NCBI RefSeq assembly: GCF_030684315.1
Contig: NC_081363.1
Span: forward strand, 67,812,517-67,876,516
Length of the DNA: 64,000 bases
DNA from: Stegostoma tigrinum
Lineage: Eukaryota
Direction: 5' to 3'
Part shown: piece after piece, positions 1 through 12,219 of the stretch
How the letters are laid out: each line of letters starts with the position of its first letter
Numbering within the stretch: the stretch's first letter is position 1
The notes under the pieces: model-generated
Database searches by the model: none
Told to the model about the DNA's origin: nothing
The model's input: the letters and a program-made list of their open reading frames with translations, nothing else
Program-made: the position numbers and the translations under genes

Positions 1-92
1 ACACCCCTTTACACTGAATGGCTTCTTCTGGCTTTGCAAAGAGGAATATTTTGAGGCCAGGATCATTTTGAACTCTTGGGATCATAACAAAA

Positions 93-101
93 TGGGGGCT
101 C
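93..101 (+). promoter_or_regulatory. Primer-binding site (tRNA-Pro type) of the Gypsy element
   Basis: TGGGGGCTC three bases after the LTR-terminal ...TAACA; matches the start of the tRNA-Pro PBS TGGGGGCTCGTCCGGG. Confidence 0.65.
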
Positions 102-1904
102 TTGGAAAGATCAAAATCTCTAATTCCAGGTTGGGTTTAAGATTAAGGCAGTGAGTGGTGAGTATAGGTGTTTATTTCGGGAGTCGTATTTGGTTGGTGT
201 AAATAGAGGTGTGCCTTGCATAATAAGTCACTAAGAATTTATTGGGTGCGGAAGAAGTCACAAGGAATTTTATCAAAAGTGAGCATGGCAACGCTTTTGG
301 AATTGGCAGGCCAGCTGCCGATGAGGTTGAATTTGCCTGAGTGAAAAAGGGAGATAATTATAGCAATAGCTCAGCATTTACAATTACTGGGAATGCCATT
401 GGAATTGTTGGAAATGGCTAAAATTCAATTGCAAATAAAACAGTTAAACACGAAAAGGAAATGAAACAGTTTGAATTATGATTGAAAGCAGCGGAAAAGG
501 AAAAGAGAGGATAGCACTGGCAGAACAAACATGAAAGGGAAGAAAGGCCCAAACTTTCTAAGGCAGAAGAAAGGGAGAAACAGAGTGTTCTTGAACTTTG
601 GAGGTTAAAACTGAAAACTCAAAGTTGACTTAAAATGGTGACAGTAGAGGTGAAAGGTAGGAGTCATGATGAGAATGGTAATGGAGAGCTATCCCTACAA
701 AGCCAAAGGTTTGGTGGGGATCTGTTCAAATATGTCCAAGTGTTGCCTAAGCTTGACGAGAAGGATGTAGAGACCTTTCTCATTTCATTTGAGAAAGTAG
801 CTAAACAAATGAAATGGCCGGTGATAATGTAGGTGTTGTTGACCTAAACAAGAAGATATCTGGAGAGGTGATCAAAGCCATCTTAAGTGCATATGAACTG
901 GTGCCAGAAGCCTACAGACAACATTTTAGGAATCTAAGAAGGGAACTTGATTAAATATATGTATCGTTTCAAATGATCAAACAGAGTAATTTTGACAGGT
1001 AGAATGGTACATCGAAAATAGATCAAACATACAATGCTGTTAGAGAGAAAATTATTTTAGAGTTCAAAAATTCACTTCCTAGATTAGTGAGAATGCATCT
1101 GGAATATCAGACAATTAAAACTGCAAGATTATCAGATGAAATGGCTAATGATTATGAATTGGTTCATCAATGAAAGTTTGGCTTCTAACATCGATATCAA
1201 TCTATGAGATAAAAATTGGCGAAAAGAGAAATCCTCAGCTGTAAAGGGAAAAGGAAATCTTACTGAAGATAGAAAAGATTATTACTGTAGGGTCAAGAGG
1301 AAACCCATGGAGGGGAAAGAGAAGTAAAAAGCTCACGTGTTTCCACTGTAATAAAGCCGGCCACATGAAGTCTCAGTATTGGTGGTTTAGAAAAAGCGCT
1401 GGGAAGACAGATGTGGGAAAATAGGATAATCTGAGATTTGTTGGAGTGGTAAAGGTAAGTGCAGTAAAAACTAAAAAGCTGCAAAGAATGTACAGCCCGC
1501 TCAAGGTTTGGTTGAGAAGAAAGGGTCAGGTCTTTTTTAATAAGTTCCTTGCATGGATAAGTTTTGCTTATGTGTGCCAGGAGGAGTAGCTAAGGAAATC
1601 AAGATTTTAAGAGAGATGGGAGCAAGTCAATCTTTGATGGTGAGAGATAAGAAGATTCATGATTCAAAAAGACTAATGTCAAAAAAGTAATAATATTTGG
1701 AATTCGTAGTGAGAAGAGCAGTGTTCCATTATATAAAGTGAGGGTGGAGGGTCTGGTGAAAAGTGGAGAACTGGTGCTAGGAGTACAGAGAAATGCTCAC
1801 TTCTCAGAATGCAGTTTATCCTTGCTAATGATATAGCCTGATCACAGGTGTGAGCGATGACTCATGTGGTTGAAAAGCCTATGGAAAATCAAGCAACAGA
1901 CATA

Positions 1905-2233
1905 TTAGATTAGATTAGATTAGATTAGATTCCCTACAGTGTGGAAACAGGCCCTTCAGCCCAACAAGTCCACACCGCCCCTTGAAGCATCCCACCCAGA
2001 CCCATCCCCCTATAACCCACACAACCCTCAACACTACGGGCAATTTAGCATGGCCAATCTACCTAACCTACACATCTTTGGACTGTGGGAGGAAACCGGA
2101 GCACCCGAAGGAAACCCACACAGACACGGGGAGAATGTGCAAACTCTACACGTACAGTCGCCCGAGGCGGGAATCAAACCCGGGTCCCTGGCGCTGTGAG
2201 GCTGCAGTGCTAACCACCGAGCCACCGTGCCGC
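1905..2233 (-). mobile_element. tRNA-derived V-SINE (shark HE1-like)
   Basis: On the minus strand: A-box GGTGGCTCGGTGG, B-box-like GGTTTGATTCC, V-domain (ATTCTCCCCGTGTCTG...GGTGCTCCGGTTTCCTCCCACAGTCCAAAGATGTG), CR1-like 3' end and (TCTAA)n tail. Confidence 0.9.
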
Positions 2234-2647
2234 TCCAAATAGGAAGTATATCCTGGGGGGTTTCCTGGCTGTGTGGTAGTAAAGTTACAAAGCCACAGGT
2301 AGAAATAGGAGTAGAAATTGATCAAACGTTTGAGAAAAAAACAAATAGGTGGGTATCTCAATAAGAAAATACTGCTTCCCTGAGTCATTCTGGATTTTGA
2401 CTTTATGATCTAGGCTGATATCTGAGGGCATTATTGAAGAGGTGGACAGTATTTGAAGTACAAAACCTTTCAGAGAATAGGCTGAAGTTAATTAGCCAAT
2501 TATATCTTTGAAAGAGCCGTGACCTTCTCCCAATTTTTTTGACATTTCTCTGCCCTAAAATTCTTTCGGATAATAATAAGAAAAGCTTCTAAATTATTCA
2601 TGGAATTATTTAGTAATCTTAGATTTATGCTTTTTTGTTACGGCCCC

Positions 2648-2850
2648 AATCATACAGCATGGAAACAGACCCTTCAGTCCAAACAGTCCATGCTGAATAT
2701 AATCCCAAAATAAATTAGTCCCACCTGTCTGATCCTGGCCCATATCCCTTTTCATGTTCATGTACTTATCCAAATGTCTTTTAAATGTTGCAACTGTATC
2801 CACATCCACCACTTCCTCAGGAATTTCGTTCTACACATGAACGACCCACT
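2648..2850 (-). mobile_element. CR1 LINE 3' fragment
   Basis: ORF 2606-2812 reads TVATFKRHLDKYMN, the typical CR1 ORF2 C-terminus, followed by the 3' UTR. Confidence 0.75.
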
Positions 2851-3354
2851 GGCCCCATCAAGCCCACTCATGATTTTGAAGATCTTTGAGATTTTGTATT
2901 AAATGTAAATTTGTGAAAAGCTCCTCATTTTCATGAATAGTTTTATGCTTCCTGTATAAAACCAAAGATCATGTACAATTTTAGCAAGTTCTTCAACTTA
3001 TCCTGCACTTTATGGGAAGAATTTTATTCCCCTGCTCAGATGCAAGGAGCCAAGTGAATATATGCTACTTGAGTCCCTTAGACTTTGCTAACTCCCACCT
3101 ATTAAATTCAAGATGGTCGTAGCTTTCTGTCTAGGATTCTATTGGCTCCCTTATGTGATCACTCAAGGACTACATCTTGCTGACAGGTACCTTGCCATGC
3201 GATGGTCCACCAGGTTAAGCCTGGCAGGGCTGTGTGTAGTCTAGTGAGATCAAGGGCCATCCTACCTGGACAGCCATTGGAAATACTGCCAGTGCCATGA
3301 CTGCTATTGAGTGAAAAGTCGCACCTTTCTGCAAAGATTTGGGCTTATTCAAAT

Positions 3355-3572
3355 ACTGGAATAAAGAATCTAATGATGACCATAAATCCAGTGTTGATTT
3401 TGCATCACTAATATCCTTTAGGGAAGAAAACTGCTATCCTTAACTGGTTTGGCCTACATGTAACTCCAGACCGACAGCAACATGGTTGACTCTTATCTGC
3501 CCTCTGGGCTTTGAGGGACAGACAATAGATGCTGCCGAGTCAATGATGCCCTCATCCTGTGAATGAATAAAG
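3355..3572 (+). mobile_element. 3' half of tRNA-derived SINE (same family as 60193-60715)
   Basis: Shares GAATCTAATGATGACCAT, CACTAAT.TCCTTTAGGGAAG, TGGCCTACAT and CCTCATCCTGTGAATGAATAAAG with the 60193 copy. Confidence 0.75.
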
Positions 3573-4079
3573 AATTACATGATCATCAACACAAGTATGA
3601 AGCAACATTGGCAGGCTGATAACAATGAGGGCTGCCAACACTTCTACTATGTCTGCAAACCATAGTAAACAATAAAATTTATAACAGATGCGTGTTTTTG
3701 CACCTTCCAAAACCTGTCCTGCTTTTCTTGATATCTACGAAGTATGTGGCCCCAAAGAACATTGGGCACACATGTGCAGGAAAACTGGTCAAGGCCCAAA
3801 GGCCGAGCTCAGATCCTAGAACAAAACCATGGTGACCAGCAACCTTGACAGCAAAGAGAGTGTAAAGGAGATTCATAAACAGAAACATATCCATGAGGTT
3901 CAGAGTCAACTAAGCTAAATTTCAGATGATGCACAAGCTTTCTATATTTTTAACCACACAAATTAGTAGACAATCGGAAGATTTTACAATCATTAGTATC
4001 TTATTATCTAATAAGGCAAGCCAACACTCACGAAAAGCTGCAACTGACATGATAATTAATATCAACATACAAAAGGTAG

Positions 4080-5150
4080 AAACATAGGAAGTAGGAGCAG
4101 GAGTAGACCTTTTGAGCCTGCCTGCTATTCAACATGATAGTGGCTGATCATCCAACTTCATGCCTGTACCCACTTTCTCCCATACCCTTTGATCCCTTTC
4201 GGCTTAAGAACTAAATCTAACACTCAATGCTTTGGCCTCAACTATTTTCCTTTGCAAAGAATTCCATAGGTTCTCCACTCTCTGAGTAAAGAAATTGCTC
4301 CTCATCCCAGTCGTAAATGGCCTGCTCTGTATCTTCAGACTGATTCCTGTCATCAGGAACATTCTTTCTGCATTACCACATCTGATAATTTTAGAATTTT
4401 ATAGCCTTCTATGAGACTTCTCGTCACTCTTCATTCTTCTGAACTCCAATGAACATAGATTAAACAAATTCAGTCTGTCTTCAGGCATCGCTTTTGCATT
4501 CTCTGGAATCAGTCTGGTAAGCCTTTATTGCATTGCCTCAGTAGCCAGATTATCCTTCCTTAGATAAATAAACCAAAATCGCATATAAAATTCCAGGTGT
4601 GTTTTCACCAAGGCACTATCCTGTACTCAAATCCTCCCATTAGAAAGGTCAACATACCATTTGCTTTCTTTACTGTCCACTGCACCTGAATGCTTACTTT
4701 CAGCAAATGGTATGCAAGAACATCCGAGCCTTGCTGCACCTCCCCCTTTCCCAATCGATCACTATTCAGATAATAATCCGCCTTCTTGTTTTAGCTACCA
4801 AAATGGATAACCTCACATTTATTCAATGATACTACATTCTGCTGTGTATTTGTCCAATCACTCAACTTGTCCAAATCACACTGAAGCATCTTTGCATCCT
4901 ATTCACAGTTTAGCCTCCTGGCTTTCTCTCATCTACAAACTTGGAGATGTTTTTAGTTCCCTCTTCTGAACCTTTACTATATATTATGAATAGCCGGTCC
5001 AAGTACTGTTCCCTGCAGTACCCGACTTGTCACTGCATTTACTCAGAAAAGTATACTCAGAAATTTCTACTTTTTGTTTCCTGTCTATCAAACAATTCTT
5101 GAGCCACATCAGGCACTGCAATCAACCCAGTGAATTACAATTCTTCACGT
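4080..5150 (-). mobile_element. Old CR1 LINE fragment (RT C-terminal half and 3' UTR)
   Basis: Reverse complement resembles the other CR1 copies; 3' end at ...AACATAGGAAGTAGGAGCAGGAGTAGACC. Confidence 0.7.
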
Positions 5151-6394
5151 TAATCTCTAATGGCAGTGTGGATAGATGGAAGGGCAAACTGGTTAATCAG
5201 ATGAGAAGGGCAGCAAGTTAGACCAATGGGTAGGATGGCAAGTTGGGCAAGGTGGGTAAGGAGGCATGGCTGTGGGATGTTGGGATTCAGGGAAGTATTG
5301 GAGGGCTGATGGTGTTTGTGTCTTAGGAAATGTTAGGGTGACTTACAGTGTTGAGGATGATAAGGGATCAGGGGTTTGTTGGGAAGTCAGTAGGGATCAA
5401 AAGAAAATGAAAGATTGGACATGGGATCAAAGATATGCAGAGGAGCCAAGGGGTCAACAGGAGTTCGAGGGTCAGGGAATCAGGGAAGGGGGTCAGTTAT
5501 ACCATTACCCAGGAGTCAGAAATAGTTTTCATCAGTCTTTATCAATACCCGGTTAGGTATTCAGCTAAGATATTCAACGTCTCTGAAGTCTCTGTCTCTA
5601 ATTCAGAGGGTTCCAGACACAGGGTAATTGCCCATTAGAAGTTTAAAAATCCCTGACAGTTCTTGGGGAATAAATGCGTTGGGATTTTCTGGGGGCTCTG
5701 ATTATTACATTTGGAGACATATCTGGCCTCTGATTAACTGAAGTCTAGAAGACGTAGGCTTTTATAGAAGAAAAGAGAAGGAAGAGAGACAAAGGATGAG
5801 AGAAGCAAACAAAAAGACTTAAACAGGAGTGAGAAGAAGAATATCATCCTGCATTGGTAAGAAGTACTGTGAAAAATGAGAAATTCGGAATATAACACCG
5901 ATAGAGTGAAAGAGATGTGATGTTGTAGTGATGAAGATGGGGATGAAAGAAGTCAAAATGAGTAGGGTGTGTATAAAAGGGGCTGTGTTAATTATGATTG
6001 TAGCCAGGGGATCACCTGTTCTGCTATGAATAGTATGTTTGCTTAGCCAGCTAGTGATCTGTAACATTGCACACTCTGTGAATGATCAAAAAAAGGCATT
6101 ATCGTCAAGACTGAATCAGGATCATATGTTTCACCTTAAATCCCTGCCTAAGTGAGCTTCAGATAAGCTGAAGAACACCTTTGAACAGAAGTGAAAGGTT
6201 TACAGGTAAAATCAAAAAAACTTCTAACTATTTAAGAAGATTGGATAGACAATTTGTGAAGCGACTTCTGAGGATGCTATTCAAATTCAGCTATGGAATA
6301 CAATGGGGGTTTAAGTTTCACAATGAGCAATAGTGTACGATGTTGTGATATTGAACTGAGCTACTTCAGGCCTGAAATGCCCTTCTCTTGACTT

Positions 6395-6775
6395 AGAGTC
6401 ATAGAGTTGCACAGCATGGAAATAGACCCATCAGTTCAATTCGTCCATGTCGACCAGATATCCTAATCTTTTCCCATTTACCAACATTTGGCCAGACCCT
6501 GCTGAACCCTTCCTGTTGAATTATCCATCCAGAAGCCTTTTAAATTTCTAATTGTACCAGCCTCCACCTCTTCCTCTGTCAGTTCATTCCAGACACACAC
6601 CACCTTCTGCATGAAAATGTTGCCCTTGGATCCCTTTTAAATCTTTCCCGTCTCACCTTAAACCTATGCTGTCTAGTTTTGGACTCCCCTACCCTGGGGA
6701 AAAGACCTTGGCTATTCACCCTATCCATGGCCCTCATGATTTTACAAATCTCTACAGTGTCACCCTTCAGCATCC
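6395..6775 (-). mobile_element. CR1 LINE 3' fragment
   Basis: ORF 6579-6773 reads LKGDTVEICKIMRAMDRVNSQGLFPRVGESKTR.HRFKVR. Confidence 0.85.
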
Positions 6776-8295
6776 GATGATTAACTCTAATTCATCTTCG
6801 TATTTAGTTATTCCAATGCATTTTGTAGATTCTTAAATTTCATTGATTAAGGGGATACAACATTGGTGCCATCATTCACAATTCCACCCGAACCCTGTTC
6901 CCACCACTCCAATGTTCATTGTCTTTGCTGTGCTGTCATTAGCTCACATTTCCAGTGCGTTGCAGAACAAAATAATTTTAAACAATGCCGTAAAGGAACA
7001 ATTCTGACTAACTTGGCTCATTCCAGGAAAATCTGGGCCATTTTAATTTAACACTACTTGTAGTATTCTTCCAGTTCATTGTTCAACTAGTTTAGCTACT
7101 AAAGGAAAAAAAAATCACCCAGAAGATAGAAAAGACCTGATTCACAGAAAAAGTCTTTTGTAAGGAGCAAGTTGGAGCACCATAAATCTTTCATCAAACT
7201 CCAGTTTCATTCTGTCCTCTCCTGAAATTATGGGGACTTCCTGAGATACTTTGAAGTAGAGTTGTAATGCAAATTGTAGCATTAAAATGATTTGGACAGA
7301 TGTGCAGAAGTTTGATTAAAGTAGTAGGCCTTAGCAATTGCCTTACAGGAGAAAAGTTAGGAACAGAGGTGGTTTGGGATGGAAGTCTCAGAACTTAGAA
7401 CCAAAGGAGATGAAGACATGGCCATTAATGGCCTATGAGGTTCAGGGATATTACATGAAAAGCCCAGTTACCCAATGCTATAATGGGTGGATTTTTGCCC
7501 TCTCAATGACCATTCCCATAACATATGGCTTTGTATACATGTAGAATGCTAATTAGCTATCACTTTGGCCCAGAAATTAAATAAGCAGCTTGCTGTTTAC
7601 AAAACCATATATTCCTAACACTCTATTGTGAAACTTGGGGATTAACAGTCTACCTAGAGTAATCAAGACTACCCTTATTCTTGTCCAAAGGTGAAAATAT
7701 CTTGCATCTCCTTTCCAGTAAATCAAACTGGCCCTCACTGGCCCCACAACAACCAAGCCAAGCAGGCTCAAGATCAAACAAGACTGACGGTACACATGAC
7801 CCGATTCACTACTCTATTTTACTGTAAACAGTCAGTCCCAAAACATAACAAACTTTTGAACTCCATATTTGCAATTCTAACAACTTGGACCACAGGCTCC
7901 ATTCAATTACTCAGCTAAGGACATTTGTGAACATGCAAGAGCTACTTACCTCTAGCATTATATAATCAGGCCAAACATCAATCTTGCAAATAAGTTGATT
8001 TATACTTATCTTTGTTACTGTAAACTCTCAGGAAATACTGTGGAGTACTTTAGGAGATGTTGTAGTGAGTTCCTAGATTTTCCAGGGAGTCTGCAGCCTT
8101 TGGTACCAATACAATGTCTATTTTGGATCTGTGGTAAGGATCCTAACCCTTGTGATGAAGGTGTTCTGCTTTATAAGGAACTGAATGGATTGGGCAATGC
8201 CATGAAGGTCATTGATGATGGTAGATGGCAGTTTTCAATCACAAAAGATAAATAAAAACCTGTTCATTTGTACATTACGTTGCACTGCACCCAAA

Positions 8296-9953
8296 GGGTG
8301 GGGATGGAAAAATAGCTTGGGTGGTGGGGGTGGCCATGGGTACCCGCATGGGCCCAAGCTACGCCTGCCTCTTTGTAGGTTACGTGGAACAGTTCCTCTT
8401 CAGCACCTACACAGGCCCCAAACCCTACCTCTTCCTCCGTTACATTGATGACTGTATCGGCGCCGCCACTTGCTCCCCAGAGGAGCTCGAACAGATCATC
8501 CACTTTACCAATACCTTCCACCCCAACCTCAAGCTCACCTGGGCCATCTCCAACACATCCCTCACCTTCCTGGACCTCTCAGTCTCCATCTCAGGTAACC
8601 AGCTAGAAACTGATGTCCATTTCAAGCCCACTGACTCCCACAGCTACCTAGAATACACCTCCTCCCACCCACCCTCCTGCAAAAATTCCATCCCCCATTC
8701 CCAATTCCTCCACCTCCGCCGCATTCTGCTCCCAGGATGAGGCATTCCACTCCCGCACATCCCAGATGTCCAAGTTCTTCAAGGACCGCAACTTTCCCCC
8801 CCACAGTGGTCGAGAACGCCCTTGACTGCGTCTCCCGCATTTCCCGCAACACATCCCTCACACCCTGCCCTTGCACAACCGCCCCCAGAGGATCACCCTC
8901 ATTCTCACATACCACCCCACCAACATCTGGATACAACGTATCATCCTCCGGCACTTCCGCCATCTACAATCCGACCCCACCACCCAAGCTATTTTTCCAT
9001 CCCCACCCCTGTCTGCCTTCCGGAGAGACCACGCTCTCCGCGACTCCCTTGTCCGCTCCACACTGCCCTCCAACCCCACCACACCCTGCACCTTCCCCTG
9101 CAACTGCAGGAAGTGTTACACTTGCCCCCACACCTCCTCCCTCACCCCTATCCCAGGCCCCAAGATGATCTTCCATATCAAGCAGATGTTCACCTGCACA
9201 TCTGCCAATATGGTATACTGTATCCATTGTACCTGGTGTGGCTTCCTCTACATTGGGGAAACCAAGCGGAGGCTTGGGGACTGCTTTGCAGAACACCTCT
9301 GCTCGGTTCGCAATAAACAACTGCACCTCCCAGGTGCGAACCACTTCAACTCCCCCTCCCATTCCTCGGACGACATGTCCATCATGGACCTCCTGCAGTG
9401 CCACAATGATGCCACCCGAAGGTTGCAGGAACAGCAACTCATATTCCGCTTGGGAACTCTGCAGCCTAATGGTATCAATGTGGACTTCACAAGCTTCAAA
9501 ATCTCCCCTTCCCCCACTGCATCCCAAAGCCAGCCTAGTTTATCCCCTCCCCCCACTGCATCACAAAGCCAGCCCAGCCTGTCTCCGCTTCCCTAACCTG
9601 TTCTTCCTCTCACCTATCCCTTCCTCCCACCTCAAGCCACACCTCCATTTCCTATCTACCACCTCATCCCGCCTCCTTGACCTGTCCATCTTCCCTGGAC
9701 TCACCTATCCCCTCCCTACCTCCTCACTTATACTCTCCTCTCTACCTATCTTGTTTTCTCTCCATCTTCGGTCCGCCTCCCCCTCTCTCCCTATTTATTC
9801 CAGTGCCCTCGCCCCATCCCCATCTGATGAAGGGCCTAGGTGCAAGACGTCAGCTTTTGTGCTCCTGAGATGCTGCTTGGCCTGCTGTCTTCATCCAGCT
9901 CCACACTTTGTTATCTTGGATTCTCCAGCATCTGCAGTTCCCATTATCACTGA
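8296..9953 (+). mobile_element. 5'-truncated Penelope-like element (Neptune type) with pLTR and tail
   Basis: RT motifs GVAMGTRMGPSYA and YIDD; Cys linker CNCRKCYTC; GIY-YIG NMVYCIHC..C.FLYIGET; 3' pLTR with decayed hammerhead (CTGATGAAGGG at 9824) and tail ending CCCATTATCACTGA. Confidence 0.93.
8321..9596 (+). pseudogene. Frameshifted PLE RT and GIY-YIG endonuclease ORF
   Basis: ORFs 8321-8740 (RT, YIDD) and 8871-9596 (GIY-YIG) correspond to the continuous ORF at 50022-51326. Confidence 0.88.
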
Positions 9954-11350
9954 AACGTCATCGCCTTTTTGGGCTGAACTGGGCTACATTTTTGTTGTGA
10001 ATTTTAGTCTCTAACTTTAACTTCAAAGGTAGAAACACAACTTTCACTTGAATGTTCTAAAATAATAAATCAACTTTTGAATTTGTTTTAAATCTGTTAA
10101 TCTGGGCAAGTAGTTTAAGCAGCAGATCTAAGATTGTTTGCAGGTAATTGGAAAGAGAGATGCTTGGTAGCCCACATTTTGTAATTAGGCCTTGATTAGA
10201 TGTGGTATTTTTGGCATATGCTTTTATGATTATTTAAACATTTTCCTGTTTCTTTTTCCTCCCCACTTTGCAGTATTTTTGCCAATGACAAGGGTGGCTT
10301 TGGCAACTCCAAAAGCCTTTGGTACTAGTAAGAAAATCCCCTGGGCTGCTCTTGTATTTATATTGCAGAGCACTGATTTACACTAGCACTGAATGCATGC
10401 AATGTAGATTGAAACTTAGCAGAACACATACCACGTCAGCGCATGATAGAGTGACATAGCTGGGATATTGCACACTTTAAAGTTATTGTAACCTCAGTTC
10501 TCCACATCGATGGCAGCATTAAAAAACACATATCTATACATCCATCAAAGTCACACAAGCCTCTGAGAGTTGGACTTTGAAACGCTAAATGAGGAAACAC
10601 AGGCTTGTGGTACCTGATTTATTTACCTGACATTATTTGACACCTATGTTACATGCTTTGGAATGAGTAGAGATGGAATGAAAATTACCACACTGATTCG
10701 GAGCATTTCATAATTTTAAGGGATTTAATGTACATTAATGTATTTCAGCAGGAATCAAATGAGGCATACATCAGAATCTCAAAGAACTTGTGAAGCACCT
10801 GCAATAATCACAAGCAAATATCTAAACTACTTTTCTGGTTTATTTTGGAAAAACACATTTAGTAGGAATGTCTTTCTTTCACATATGTCCCACAATAATG
10901 TCTTTTACTGCCCGTCATACACTGCATAAGCAATTAACCTGTTTTAACAGCTTGCTTAAAGAAAATAACATACCAAGAAACTTAGATTTTTAACATTTCA
11001 GTTAAATTGAAAATGCAATTTCAATTCCAGGAATACACGTATTCATTCATTTATGTGTACTCTGTCCAAAGGTAGGCCCATTCAGTAGCTGACTGCTGTG
11101 AAAAGGGAACATGGCTTTCCTTTCTCTGACAGTTCTGCATGACAATTTTATTTTAAAATTTGCATGAGTTTGCCACTCTTCAGAAAATTTGACCTATTGA
11201 TCTTACTGTATATCCAAACTGACACAAGCATCTTTGGCTTGAGTTAAGATTCACACAACAGGATTCCAGACTACATCTTTTTGCTGATTTGTTGGTACAT
11301 CCATGAGTGACACATCAGGGCCAATAGATAAAGGAATCCTTACAGGTACA

Positions 11351-11440
11351 TGATAACAAAGTGTGGAGGTGGATGAACACAGCAGGCCAAGCAGCATCTC
11401 AGGAGCACAAAAGCTGACGATTTGGGCCTCGACCGTTCAC
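11351..11440 (-). mobile_element. Single-arm PLE pLTR mini-insertion ending inside the hammerhead motif
   Basis: Reverse complement of the pLTR 3' end, stopping at ...GACCGTTCA; flanked by GGTACAT repeats (11344-11350 and 11442-11448). Confidence 0.8.
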
Positions 11441-11825
11441 GGGTACATATCAGGTGTATTGTGAGTGTAAGCCTGGTCAACATATTACAAAAAGGAAAGA
11501 TACACTTATGGGTCAGATGTCTGCAGCTCAAACATTTGAAGCTAGACATTGGTGTGAAAGAAAGAAACTGTGCATAATTGCATTAAAGAAGACTAGAAAA
11601 AACATCCTATTGACTTATTCAAATATCCTGAAGGAAACCAATATTCTAATCCTTAAAAATGATTGGGTCACAACAACGTAAAGCATGGGAACAACTTCAT
11701 ATCAAGTAAGAAAAATGAAAAAAATCATGTATTGCTACTTCTTGTAAAGGGCACTGAATGTATGCAATTCATGCGGAAAGATGAAGCAACTAAGATGTTA
11801 GCATGGACAAACTTAATAGTGAACT

Positions 11826-12044
11826 GAGATAATGGGAACTGCAGATGCTGGAGAATTCAAGATGATAAAATGTGAGGCTGGATGAACACAGCAGGCCAAG
11901 CAGCATCTCAGGAGCACAAAAGCTGACGTTTCGGGCCTAGACCCTTCATCAGAGGATGAAGGGTCTAGGCCCGAAACGTCAGCTTTTGTGCTCCTGAGAT
12001 GCTACTTGGCCTGCTGTGTTTATCCAGCCTCACATTTTATCATC
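11826..12044. mobile_element. Palindromic PLE mini-element (hammerhead plus pLTR end, fold-back)
   Basis: Inverted arms meet at CTTCATCAGAG/GATGAAG (~11953); 17-bp TSD CTTAATAGTGAACTGAG at 11812-11828 and 12044-12060, overlapping the termini. Confidence 0.92.
11923..11954 (-). ncRNA. Minimal type I hammerhead ribozyme motif
   Basis: Minus strand reads CT-CTGATGA-A-GGGTCTAGGCCC-GAAA-CGTC-AG; intact core. Confidence 0.65.
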
Positions 12045-12219
12045 TTAATAGTGAACTGAGCAAGTTTTCGTGAGAAAATTAGTTCAGAATTGTAAACCTT
12101 TAAGTATATATTCTGTTAGTGGACTCCAGATTGTGTTCGAAAGATTGAAGTCAACACTAATTTAAGTAAAAAATGAATAGTATAATCCATCTAAAATCAC
12201 ATAGGATGCAAATGCATAG

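Larger units (their letters stand above)
1..2390 (+). mobile_element. Decayed Gypsy (Gmr1-like) LTR retrotransposon: end of 5' LTR, PBS and gag/protease remnants
   Basis: LTR-like end ...GGGATCATAACA at 89, then TGGGGGCTC at 93 (tRNA-Pro-type PBS). Translations: LPKLDEKDVETFLISFEKVAKQMKWP (ORF 635-832), SCAN-like YELVPEAYRQHFRNL (~892), Zn knuckle CFHCNKAGHMKSQY (~1338), protease-like ILREMGASQSL (~1604). Many stops; interrupted by a SINE. Confidence 0.8.

Noticed and set aside
8440-9556. Many overlapping antisense and alternative-frame ORFs over PLE copies (also at 20-21 kb and 49-51 kb)
   Set aside because: By-product of C-rich, stop-poor PLE sequence; only the RT/GIY-YIG frame has motifs
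11826-12044. Reading the hairpins as MITEs or pre-miRNAs
   Set aside because: The arms are PLE pLTR sequence and asymmetric by a ~33-nt tail, and TSDs vary in length and sequence, unlike DDE transposon insertions
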